Source: Prochlorococcus sp. MIT 0801 (GTDB lineage: Bacteria > Cyanobacteriota > Cyanobacteriia > PCC-6307 > Cyanobiaceae). Taken from it: a stretch of DNA of 32,000 nucleotides. Below are positions 19,973 through 28,207 of the stretch, in pieces. The stretch lies in assembly GCF_000757865.1 (NCBI RefSeq), contig NZ_CP007754.1, positions 540,001-572,000 of the forward strand, in the 5' to 3' direction. Position numbers and translations under genes: made by a program. Below the pieces are notes generated by a model. It had not been told where the DNA came from. It made no database searches and saw only the letters and a program-made list of their open reading frames with translations. Position 1 is the stretch's first letter. Every line of letters begins with the position of its first letter.

Positions 19973-20320
19973 ATGAATAAATTTCTTAAGAAGTTTTTAA
20001 TATTATTAATTTCTCTTTTTTGGCTTCATTCAGGAGTTGATGCCGCTGAAATTTTGCAAGTGACCAGTTCGTCTGTTTTGCTCATCGGAGATCATAATCG
20101 TACCTATACTGTGAAATTAGCATGTACAGAAATCACTCCTGATTTAGAAGAAGAATCTATTAAGTGGCTCAAAAAACAACTACCGAGACATACAAAAGTA
20201 AATTTAAAACCTAAAGGATCAGTCGATGGTGTTTTGGTAGCCAAAGTTATTCCTTTTGATAGTTCTATTGACATAACTGAGAAATATATAAATGAAGGAT
20301 TAGCTATAAATAAATGCTAG
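19973..20320 (+). CDS. small secreted protein with staphylococcal-nuclease-like (OB-fold) pattern, probably non-catalytic
   Basis: 115 aa starting 14 nt after ilvB, with signal peptide MNKFLKKFLILLISLFWLHSGVDA. By eye the mature part aligns with the SNase core (V..S.SV.L...TVKL...E...W.K..L....V.L.......G.LVA.V......I.E..I.EGLA), but with the Asp/Arg/Glu catalytic positions substituted. Confidence 0.5.
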   Translation: MNKFLKKFLILLISLFWLHSGVDAAEILQVTSSSVLLIGDHNRTYTVKLACTEITPDLEEESIKWLKKQLPRHTKVNLKPKGSVDGVLVAKVIPFDSSIDITEKYINEGLAINKC

Positions 20321-20619
20321 ATTAATTATTAAATTCTATTTATCGATGACTATTTATATATACAAAACCATTGTCATTGATTAGTTCTAACTCTTTCTAT
20401 AAGAATTAAATAGTTTTGTATTTGAGCATGTACAAGTTCTATTTAGATTGATTTGATATTTATCTGTTTTTATAGAAGGTCCTATAGTAATAATTAAATT
20501 GTTTTCTTTTAATAGATCAGAATGAGATATTAAATATACTAAAAAGTAATAACCTCATTTTTTATGGATATCTGTTTAAACCTGTAGATCTATTTTAATT
20601 CTATTTCTAGATGAAATTG

Positions 20620-21507
20620 TTAATTCTCTTCAATATCCTTTAGCATCCAAAAACCATCTAGAGAATTTTCTTCAGGACTTTTTTGAACTGAAATAAATTG
20701 AAGTCCATCTGCATCTAATTTTGTATTTAGAAAATTATTTTCAATAACTTTTTTAGCTTCTTCTTCGACATCCGTTACTAACCATCTATCAGCTTGTCCT
20801 GCCTCTAAAATTATTTGAGTCCCTTCTATTAAAAGCTTTGCTGGTTCAAGTCCCCCGAGCCAAGCTGCAAGTGCTAAGGACCTTTTTGGGCTAAAAAGCC
20901 TAATACCTGGAATAGATATATTTTCATTAATTGAATCTTTTATGGGAATTAAATTAGAAAACTTTATTTCCCATTCATCAGCCTCTCTAAGTGTATTTAG
21001 AGATAGGGAAGCAAAGCTCCATGATTCACCTCTTACTTCCTCTGGTAATGGGATGGCTTGGTTTGTAATTGGGTTTGAAGGAGGAGCAAGATTGACGCCG
21101 ATATATCCTTTTTGCTGAGGATAGAAACTCCTTTCTCTTTCAATAATCCATTCCAATAATGAATATGTTCTTCTGCTAGAAATAAGTTCAATTCCTATTT
21201 GATCTGCTGCACGTTTTATCATTGTTTTCATAGAGGATCGCCAACATCGAATAACTGAAGGTTTATCCCAACCTTGTAAATAAGCTTCATCAATGGCTTC
21301 GACCAATGCATCTTTTAACCAAATTGAATTAACACTTGATGCTGGACATATCTTTTCCCATTTAAATGTTTTCTTGTCTTTGAAATTATTTGTAGATGTA
21401 ATTAATAATTCCCATCTTTTTTTTCCATTTTCATCAATTATTGGGCGGGAATAAAAGTCTATTTCCCAGTCTGCTCTTTTTAAATCAGATTTTTTTGAAG
21501 CGATCAC
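20620..21507 (-). CDS. Tab2/ATAB2-family RNA-binding protein (DUF1092)
   Basis: 295 aa. The N-terminal WEIDFYSRPIIDENGKKRWELLI is the hallmark opening of the Tab2 family found in cyanobacteria and chloroplasts. Confidence 0.8.
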   Translation of the reverse strand: MIASKKSDLKRADWEIDFYSRPIIDENGKKRWELLITSTNNFKDKKTFKWEKICPASSVNSIWLKDALVEAIDEAYLQGWDKPSVIRCWRSSMKTMIKRAADQIGIELISSRRTYSLLEWIIERERSFYPQQKGYIGVNLAPPSNPITNQAIPLPEEVRGESWSFASLSLNTLREADEWEIKFSNLIPIKDSINENISIPGIRLFSPKRSLALAAWLGGLEPAKLLIEGTQIILEAGQADRWLVTDVEEEAKKVIENNFLNTKLDADGLQFISVQKSPEENSLDGFWMLKDIEEN

Positions 21508-21530
21508 AATTTTTTTTCTTCAATATAAAG

Positions 21531-22826
21531 TTATGAGGATAAGTTGATTTCTTCCTTTTCCTTTTGAGGATCAACTTTTTCTTTGTTCAAGCTGTTTCGC
21601 GCTTTAATAGCTCGCTCATTCGCTTCTTCCATAACTTTTGTTTTATCAGTAATAAGTTCTCCTGGAGGTCCCTCTAAAAGAGCTGTATTTAATCCAATTC
21701 GTCCTCTAGAAGGATCTAAATCAGTTATCAAAGCTTTGATGGATTCGCCTGGTTGAAAAACTTCTCTAAGGCTTCTCATGCTTCCATTAGTTACCATTGA
21801 ATGATGCAACAATCCACTTACCCCCTTCAAATCAACAAAAAAACCATAAGGTTTTATTGTTAAGATTTCACCCTCGATTAGTTGTCCGATTTCTAATTCT
21901 GAAAATCTTGAAGCAATTGCAGCTTTCTTTTCGGAGAGAACAAGTTTTCTTCTCTCTGGATTTACCTCTAAAAAAGCAGTATTAATTGTCTTTGAAACAA
22001 GAGATTGATGATTTTCGCCATCTTCGAGTTGAGATCTAGGAATAAAACCTCTTAAACCTTCGAAGTCGCAAGTAACACCCCCACGGTTAAAACCATTTAT
22101 TTTAACTCGAATAACTTTTCCTTCTTTTGCAAGATTTTGAACTTTGTCCCAGCTTTTTCTTAGTTCTAACGCCCTACAACTGATTGTTACCATCCCATCT
22201 GCATTTTGTTCTCTAGTAACAAGAACTTCGACTTTTAACCCTTTTGGGAAACGCTCTTTTAAATTTGTTATCACACCTAGACCACATTCATTTTTCGGCA
22301 TGAATCCAGGAGCTTTACCTCCTATATCAACGTAAATACCATCACTTTCAACTGCAATAACTGAACCTGTTGCGATTTCTCCAGTTGTCCCGATTGGTTG
22401 ATTCTCTTCTAAGGCTGCTAAGAATTCGTCTTCATCAAAATCAAATTCATCAACCGTTCTACTTTTTTGTTCAAAAATATTTTGATCATCGAAAGCTTCA
22501 ATATTATTATTATAGTTAGTTTTATTTTCAGATCTAAGAAGATCTTCCATTGTCGCTGGCTGAGAATTATAGCTAGAGTTTTCCTCGATTGATTTTTGCT
22601 GTTCAGGTGCTTTCTTTAATTTAGAGATTTCTTTTTGAGCTAGAACCTTTTCATCAAATCTTCTATCTTTAGGTCGCTCGGAGAATTCTTTCTCAGATAG
22701 TCCTTGATTGATTATTTCTTCTTCAGGCTTTCGACTGATATGCATAACCTGCAATGGCTTGCGAGGTGCATTTGTTGCCGGCCTTGGGGGAGTTGCTTTT
22801 TTAGGCTGAGGATCTGACCCGGCCAT
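21531..22826 (-). CDS. S1-domain RNA-binding protein (ribosomal protein S1 homologue B-like) with long disordered N-terminal extension
   Basis: There are three S1 repeats (GSVIAVESDGIYVDIGGKAPGFMP; GKVIRVKINGFNRGGVTCDFEGLRGFIP; GEILTIKPYGFFVDLKGVSGLLH). The track ORF extends to 22928, where it would abut the divergent neighbour, so I prefer the ATG at 22826 (MAGSDPQPKK). Confidence 0.8.
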   Translation of the reverse strand: MAGSDPQPKKATPPRPATNAPRKPLQVMHISRKPEEEIINQGLSEKEFSERPKDRRFDEKVLAQKEISKLKKAPEQQKSIEENSSYNSQPATMEDLLRSENKTNYNNNIEAFDDQNIFEQKSRTVDEFDFDEDEFLAALEENQPIGTTGEIATGSVIAVESDGIYVDIGGKAPGFMPKNECGLGVITNLKERFPKGLKVEVLVTREQNADGMVTISCRALELRKSWDKVQNLAKEGKVIRVKINGFNRGGVTCDFEGLRGFIPRSQLEDGENHQSLVSKTINTAFLEVNPERRKLVLSEKKAAIASRFSELEIGQLIEGEILTIKPYGFFVDLKGVSGLLHHSMVTNGSMRSLREVFQPGESIKALITDLDPSRGRIGLNTALLEGPPGELITDKTKVMEEANERAIKARNSLNKEKVDPQKEKEEINLSS

Positions 22827-22928
22827 AATACCCTTAGTAGTAAGTGAAACATTCTTACAGTCAAGGGTAAGTTGTTTTTTAATTATTAGGAGATTTCTAT
22901 CATTTTTCAAACTCGCCGATTTGAGCAT

Positions 22929-23726
22929 TTGACATGGCCTGAGGCCTCTAAAGCCGCTTCAGAGAATGGATCTACATTGGTTTGGCCTTTTGGTGCATGT
23001 GAACAACATGGACCACATTTACCTTTGATTACTGATACTTTTTTTGCTGAAAATATTTTAATCAAGACTCTTAATAGTTTGCCAGAAAATATGCCGATAT
23101 GGATGATCCCATCTCAATCGATTGGTTTTTCTCCTGAACATCAAGCTTTCCCAGGAACTTTGTCCCTATCAGCTGATGTTTTGCTTTCAATGGTTACTGA
23201 TGTTGGCCAACAAATAGCCTCTATGGGGTTCAATAGATTAGTTTTTTTTAACGCTCATGGTGGGCAAATTGGTCTACTCCAAGCGGTTTCAAGGCAGTTG
23301 AGAATTCAATGTCCTTCTCTAGCTGTATTGCCTTGTTTCCTTTGGAGTGGTGTCCCAGGATTAGATCAACTTTTACCTGAAAAAGAGGTTGAGGAGGGCC
23401 TTCATGCGGCATTAGCGGAAACAAGTCTTATGTTGCACATGGCTGGAGATTTGGTACGAAATGATTCTTACTTAGAAATAAATAATGTAGATAAACAAAT
23501 TGTTACTACCCCAAAAGGGTGGAGCCTTGAAGGAGCATCACCGTGCGCATGGTTGACAGAAGATTTGAGCTCATCTGGAGTTATTGGCGATGCAAGTTCT
23601 TCGAATGCTGAATTGGGTGCCGCTTTAGAAAATGCACTAGTAGATCATTGGAAGTCCCTATTTACAAGTCTTTTGGAGAGTGATTGGCCGCCAGTTATGT
23701 CAGAAAGGCCTGTTTCTAGCAGTTAA
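22929..23726 (+). CDS. creatininase-family metal-dependent amidohydrolase
   Basis: 265 aa. PFGACEQHGPHLPL and FFNAHGGQ are creatininase-fold metal-ligand motifs. The start (TTG 22929, or the later TTG at 22977 before VWPFG) is uncertain. Confidence 0.82.
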   Translation: MTWPEASKAASENGSTLVWPFGACEQHGPHLPLITDTFFAENILIKTLNSLPENMPIWMIPSQSIGFSPEHQAFPGTLSLSADVLLSMVTDVGQQIASMGFNRLVFFNAHGGQIGLLQAVSRQLRIQCPSLAVLPCFLWSGVPGLDQLLPEKEVEEGLHAALAETSLMLHMAGDLVRNDSYLEINNVDKQIVTTPKGWSLEGASPCAWLTEDLSSSGVIGDASSSNAELGAALENALVDHWKSLFTSLLESDWPPVMSERPVSSS

Positions 23727-23800
23727 GATGTGGTAACTGAACTACCGTTTTGGTTTAAATTCTGTAAGATCACTCAGATTGACAAATTTCTAATAGATCT

Positions 23801-24526
23801 ATGCAAGCTTTTGCATCCAACAACTTAACCGTAGAAAAAGAAGAGCTAAGTTCTGACTCTCTTCCAGATTTCACCTCAGAATCTTACAAAGATGCCTATA
23901 GCAGAATCAATGCAGTTGTAATTGAAGGTGAGCAAGAAGCTTATTCCAATTTTCTTGATCTGGCTAAGTTGATTCCTGAACATGCTGATGAGCTTGTGAA
24001 GCTTGGAAAGATGGAGAAAAAGCATATGAATGGCTTTTGTGCTTGCGGGAGAAATCTTGCTGTAAAGCCTGATATGCCTTTTGCAAAGACCTTTTTCTCA
24101 AAACTCCATAATAATTTTTTAGAGGCTTTCAAAGCAGGAGATACAACTACCTGTCTTCTGATTCAGTGCATCCTTATTGAATCTTTTGCAATATCCGCAT
24201 ATCACGTTTACATACGTGTTGCTGATCCATTCGCTAAAAGGATCACAGAGGGTGTTGTGCAAGATGAATACTTGCATTTGAACTATGGTCAAGAATGGCT
24301 TAAGGCCAATCTAGAGACAGTCAAGAAAGATCTTATGAGGGCTAATAAGGAAAACTTGCCTCTTATAAAATCTATGCTTGATGAAGTTTCAAATGATGCT
24401 GAAGTACTTCACATGGATAAGGAAGAGTTGATGGAAGAATTTATGATTGCTTATCAAGATTCTCTTCTGGAAATAGGTCTTGATAATAGAGAAATTGCAA
24501 GAATGGCTCTTGCAGCAGTGATTTAG
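23801..24526 (+). CDS. ado: aldehyde-deformylating oxygenase (alkane-forming, ferritin-like di-iron)
   Basis: 241 aa. YKDAYSRINAVVIEGEQEAYSNF, MEKKH, LIESFAISAYHVY and QDEYLHLNYG contain both E...ExxH di-iron ligand sets of cyanobacterial ADO. Confidence 0.93.
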   Translation: MQAFASNNLTVEKEELSSDSLPDFTSESYKDAYSRINAVVIEGEQEAYSNFLDLAKLIPEHADELVKLGKMEKKHMNGFCACGRNLAVKPDMPFAKTFFSKLHNNFLEAFKAGDTTTCLLIQCILIESFAISAYHVYIRVADPFAKRITEGVVQDEYLHLNYGQEWLKANLETVKKDLMRANKENLPLIKSMLDEVSNDAEVLHMDKEELMEEFMIAYQDSLLEIGLDNREIARMALAAVI

Positions 24527-24560
24527 GTTATTTAAAATTTATATTTATAGATCTTCATTG

Positions 24561-24600
24561 ATTCCTCAGGAGCTTAAGTTCTTGAGGAATTCTTTTTTTT
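24561..24600 (+). terminator. rho-independent terminator downstream of ado
   Basis: ATTCCTCAGGA (24561-24571) pairs with TCTTGAGGAAT (24580-24590). The stem is 11 bp with one G-U, enclosing 8 unpaired nt (or 12 bp with a second G-U and a 6-nt loop), and is followed by TCTTTTTTTT (24591-24600). Verified base by base. Confidence 0.78.
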
Positions 24601-24670
24601 GAGACCTTCGTGGTCTAAGGTTCAAAATGGATAAATATTTACTTTCAATTTTGATCTTGCTCGGTGCCAA

Positions 24671-25711
24671 ATGTTTGGGCTAATCGGACACTCAACAAGT
24701 TTTGAAGATGCCAAGAGAAAGGCATTGGGCTTGGGGTTTGACCATATTGCTGAAGGAGATTTGGACGTATGGTGCACTGCCCCTCCTCAGTTAGTAGAGC
24801 ACGTAAAGGTTGTAAGTGCGATTGGAAAGACTATTGAGGGGGCTTATATAGACTCATGCTTTGTTCCTGAGATGCTAAGTCGCTTCAAAACAGCAAGAAG
24901 AAAAGTTCTCAATGCAATGGAGTTAGCTCAAAAGAAAGGGATTAACATCACCGCTTTAGGTGGATTTACATCAATAATTTTTGAGAATTTTAATTTGCTT
25001 CAAAATCAACAAGTTAGAAATACGACTCTTGATTGGCAAAGATTCACAACTGGTAATACCCATACAGCTTGGGTGATTTGTAGACAGTTAGAGCAAAATG
25101 CACCTCGAATAGGAATTGATTTGAGCAAATCAAAAGTAGCTGTTGTGGGTGCTACTGGTGACATTGGCAGCGCTGTTTGTAGGTGGCTCACTAATCGAAC
25201 CGGTGTTTCTGAACTTCTTTTAGTGGCTAGACAGCAAAAGCCTTTAATTGAACTTCAATCTCAACTTGGAGGGGGGAGAATTCTTAGCCTTGATGAGGCT
25301 TTACCTGAAGCGGATATTGTGATTTGGGTTGCAAGCATGCCAAAAACCCTTGAAATTGACCCCTCCAAAATTAAAAGACCCTGCTTAATGATTGATGGAG
25401 GATATCCTAAGAATTTGGGTGAGAAGTTTTCTGGACCTGGTATACATGTCTTAAAAGGCGGAGTAGTTCAATTTTTTAAAGATATAGGTTGGAGCATGAT
25501 GGAATTGGCTGAGATGGAAAATCCTAAAAGAGAAATGTTTGCTTGTTTTGCTGAGGCAATGATTCTTGAATTTGAAAATTGTCACACCAATTTCAGTTGG
25601 GGGAGGAATAATATTTCGTTGGAAAAGATGGATTTTATTGGCAAGGCTTCTGAAAGACATGGGTTTTCTGCTGTTGGTTTAAAATCAAATATTCAGACAT
25701 TAACCGTCTGA
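24671..25711 (+). CDS. aar: acyl-ACP reductase (fatty aldehyde-forming)
   Basis: 346 aa. The N-terminus [15 protein letters not shown], the Rossmann motif [12 protein letters not shown] and the C-terminal [12 protein letters not shown] match cyanobacterial AAR. Confidence 0.93.
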   Translation: MFGLIGHSTSFEDAKRKALGLGFDHIAEGDLDVWCTAPPQLVEHVKVVSAIGKTIEGAYIDSCFVPEMLSRFKTARRKVLNAMELAQKKGINITALGGFTSIIFENFNLLQNQQVRNTTLDWQRFTTGNTHTAWVICRQLEQNAPRIGIDLSKSKVAVVGATGDIGSAVCRWLTNRTGVSELLLVARQQKPLIELQSQLGGGRILSLDEALPEADIVIWVASMPKTLEIDPSKIKRPCLMIDGGYPKNLGEKFSGPGIHVLKGGVVQFFKDIGWSMMELAEMENPKREMFACFAEAMILEFENCHTNFSWGRNNISLEKMDFIGKASERHGFSAVGLKSNIQTLTV

Positions 25712-25730
25712 GTTTTTGGTTGCTTTTTTT

Positions 25731-26720
25731 ATGGCTAGACGTTTTCTCCTCGAATTTGAAAAACCTCTTGTTGAATTAGAGAATCAGATTGATCAAATCA
25801 GAGAATTAGCAAGAGATTCAGAGGTTGATGTAAGTCAGCAACTTTTGCAATTAGAGACCCTTGCAGCAAGAAGGCGAGATGAAATATTTAATTCACTAAC
25901 ACCCGCTCAAAAGATTCAAGTAGCTAGACACCCCCAAAGGCCTAGCACACTGGATTACATTCAGATGTTTTGTGATGACTGGGTTGAATTACACGGAGAC
26001 AGGAACGGAACTGATGATCAAGCTCTCATAGGAGGTTTAGCTCGAATAGGTGAAAAATCTGTCCTCATAATTGGCCAACAAAAAGGTAGAGATACAAAAG
26101 AGAATGTTGCAAGAAACTTTGGTATGGCAAAGCCAGGAGGGTACAGAAAGGCTTTGAGGCTAATGGATCATGCTGATCGATTCAGACTGCCAATAATCTC
26201 TTTTATAGATACTCCTGGAGCTTATGCAGGTCTCATAGCAGAAGAGCAAGGCCAAGGAGAAGCAATCGCAGTGAATTTACGTGAAATGTTTAGATTTAAA
26301 GTTCCCATAATTGCAACTGTAATTGGAGAAGGTGGCTCTGGTGGCGCTCTGGGGATAGGTGTCGCAGACAGGTTGCTCATGTTTGAACATAGTGTCTATA
26401 CAGTTGCAAGCCCAGAAGCCTGTGCTTCGATTTTATGGAGGGATGCTGGCAAGGCTCCTGAAGCAGCATCAGCCTTAAAAATTACTGGACCTGATCTTAT
26501 GAAGTTAGGTATTGTTGACGAGGTATTAAAAGAGCCTTCTGGGGGCAATAATTGGGCCCCGCTTCAGGCTGGAGATACTTTGAAAAATGCCCTTGAGAAG
26601 CATTTATCAGAATTATTGGCTTTATCCCCTGATGAATTAAGAGACAATAGATATTCCAAATTTAGAAAAATGGGAAAATATTTGGAATCTCAGTCTATCG
26701 AAAGTGAAATTTCAGTTTAG
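25731..26720 (+). CDS. accA: acetyl-CoA carboxylase carboxyltransferase alpha subunit
   Basis: The ATG at 25731 gives [17 protein letters not shown], the standard AccA start. [10 protein letters not shown] and [11 protein letters not shown] are present. The track start at 25716 is a short extension. Confidence 0.95.
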   Translation: MARRFLLEFEKPLVELENQIDQIRELARDSEVDVSQQLLQLETLAARRRDEIFNSLTPAQKIQVARHPQRPSTLDYIQMFCDDWVELHGDRNGTDDQALIGGLARIGEKSVLIIGQQKGRDTKENVARNFGMAKPGGYRKALRLMDHADRFRLPIISFIDTPGAYAGLIAEEQGQGEAIAVNLREMFRFKVPIIATVIGEGGSGGALGIGVADRLLMFEHSVYTVASPEACASILWRDAGKAPEAASALKITGPDLMKLGIVDEVLKEPSGGNNWAPLQAGDTLKNALEKHLSELLALSPDELRDNRYSKFRKMGKYLESQSIESEISV

Positions 26721-26731
26721 AGTTTTAGTGT

Positions 26732-27454
26732 TTGCTTTTAACTTTCTTGTCAACAGTATTAATTACAGGTGCTTCTAGAGGAATTGGGAGAGCAACTGCT
26801 ATGGCTTTTGCTAATTCTGGGTGGGATTTACTACTTTTAGCCAGGTCTGAAGATGATCTACAAGGACTTGTCGAAGAAATTGATAACAAAAAAGTTAAGG
26901 TCTTCTACCAATCTATTGATCTAAGTAATCCCAAAATTATATCTAAGGGAATAGCTGAATTAATGAATAATGGTTTGATTCCATCAGTTTTAATAAATAA
27001 TGCTGGAGTTGCTTGGACTGGAGATCTTTTATCCATGCCACTTGAAAAATGGGAATGGATCATGCAAATGAATCTCACCAGTATCTTTCAGGTTTGCTCT
27101 GAGACGGTTCCTTTAATGAGAAAAAAAGGAGGATTAGTTATCAACGTTAGTAGTCATGCTTCTAGAAATGCTTTTCCTCAATGGGGAGCTTACTGTGTTT
27201 CCAAAGCAGCTTTAGCAAGTTTTACCAAATGCTTAGCAGAAGAAGAGCGTAAGCATTTCATACGAGCATGCACACTTACTCTTGGATCAGTAAATTCATC
27301 TCTTTGGGATTCTGATACCGTTGGGATGCAATTTGATAGAGATTCGATGCTTTCAGTTGATCAAGTTGCCTCTGAACTCTTACATCTTGCTAGTCAACCA
27401 ATTAATCAAACTATTGAGGATATAACTTTAATGCCATCTGGAGGAGTGTTTTAA
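26732..27454 (+). CDS. short-chain dehydrogenase/reductase (classical SDR)
   Basis: 240 aa with TGASRGIG cofactor motif, NNAG, and catalytic S...YCVSK. An in-frame stop at 26726-26728 and the absence of any ATG before the Gly motif force a TTG start (26732 or 26747). Confidence 0.85.
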   Translation: MLLTFLSTVLITGASRGIGRATAMAFANSGWDLLLLARSEDDLQGLVEEIDNKKVKVFYQSIDLSNPKIISKGIAELMNNGLIPSVLINNAGVAWTGDLLSMPLEKWEWIMQMNLTSIFQVCSETVPLMRKKGGLVINVSSHASRNAFPQWGAYCVSKAALASFTKCLAEEERKHFIRACTLTLGSVNSSLWDSDTVGMQFDRDSMLSVDQVASELLHLASQPINQTIEDITLMPSGGVF

Positions 27455-28126
27455 GTTTCCCCCCCTTATTTCATGAACAAGAGATTCAACTTTCTTAATA
27501 TCTTTAATACCTGGAGATATTTCTAGTCGACTGGATGCATCAATTCCATCAGGTCTAAGTTTAGAAAAAATTTCAGGAATTATTTCAGCAGATATTCCAC
27601 CAGCTAAGATCCAAGGAACTTTAAAAGTTTTATTAAGTAGTAATTCTACTGGGACTCTATTCCCAGTGCCTCCAAGTGACTTATCATCCCAAGCATCTAT
27701 AAGAATAGCATCTATATTCTTTTCATATTGCTGTGTTTTTTCTAAATCATTAATAGATTTTAACCTGAAGGCTTTCCATAATTTAATTTTGGGAAATTTA
27801 TTCTTTAATTCACGACAATAATCAACTGATTCATTTCCATGCAATTGGATTACTGATGGTGGAGTTGATCTGTTATTTATACATTTAACCTCCTCTAATT
27901 TTTCATTTGCTATTACTAATACTTTCTCAATACTTGAAGAAACTTTTGCTACTTCATTAAAAATTTTTATACATTCTTCTTCTGGTACAAAACGAGGTGA
28001 ATTTTTTACGCCAATAACTCCAATAGCATTTATTTTGAATTCCGCTATGGATCGTGCTTGTGAAGTCTTTGTTAGTCCACAAATTTTTATTGCTGTTGAT
28101 TTTTTAGAAGAAGATTTTCTGATCAT
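27428..28126 (-). CDS. trpF: phosphoribosylanthranilate isomerase
   Basis: 232 aa. IKICGLT near the N-terminus, IQLHGNES and ILAGGIS are PRAI (TIM-barrel) motifs. The 3' end overlaps the convergent SDR gene by 27 nt. Confidence 0.85.
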   Translation of the reverse strand: MIRKSSSKKSTAIKICGLTKTSQARSIAEFKINAIGVIGVKNSPRFVPEEECIKIFNEVAKVSSSIEKVLVIANEKLEEVKCINNRSTPPSVIQLHGNESVDYCRELKNKFPKIKLWKAFRLKSINDLEKTQQYEKNIDAILIDAWDDKSLGGTGNRVPVELLLNKTFKVPWILAGGISAEIIPEIFSKLRPDGIDASSRLEISPGIKDIKKVESLVHEIRGGNLKHSSRWH

Positions 28127-28207
28127 TATCCGAACTTTTATTAGGATTGATTGAAATAGATTTTATTGAGAGCTTGGAGGAATTTAAATTTGGGTAGTTG
28201 GGAAGTT

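Noticed and set aside
22827-22928. N-terminal extension of the S1-like ORF up to 22928 (MLKSASLKNDRNLL...)
   Set aside because: It would place divergent start codons back to back (22928/22929) with no promoter space. The ATG at 22826 leaves a 102-nt divergent spacer. Similar track extensions were trimmed for psb27 (1440-1484), pyrH (14772-14801), accA (25716-25730) and the M50 protease (28166-28207).
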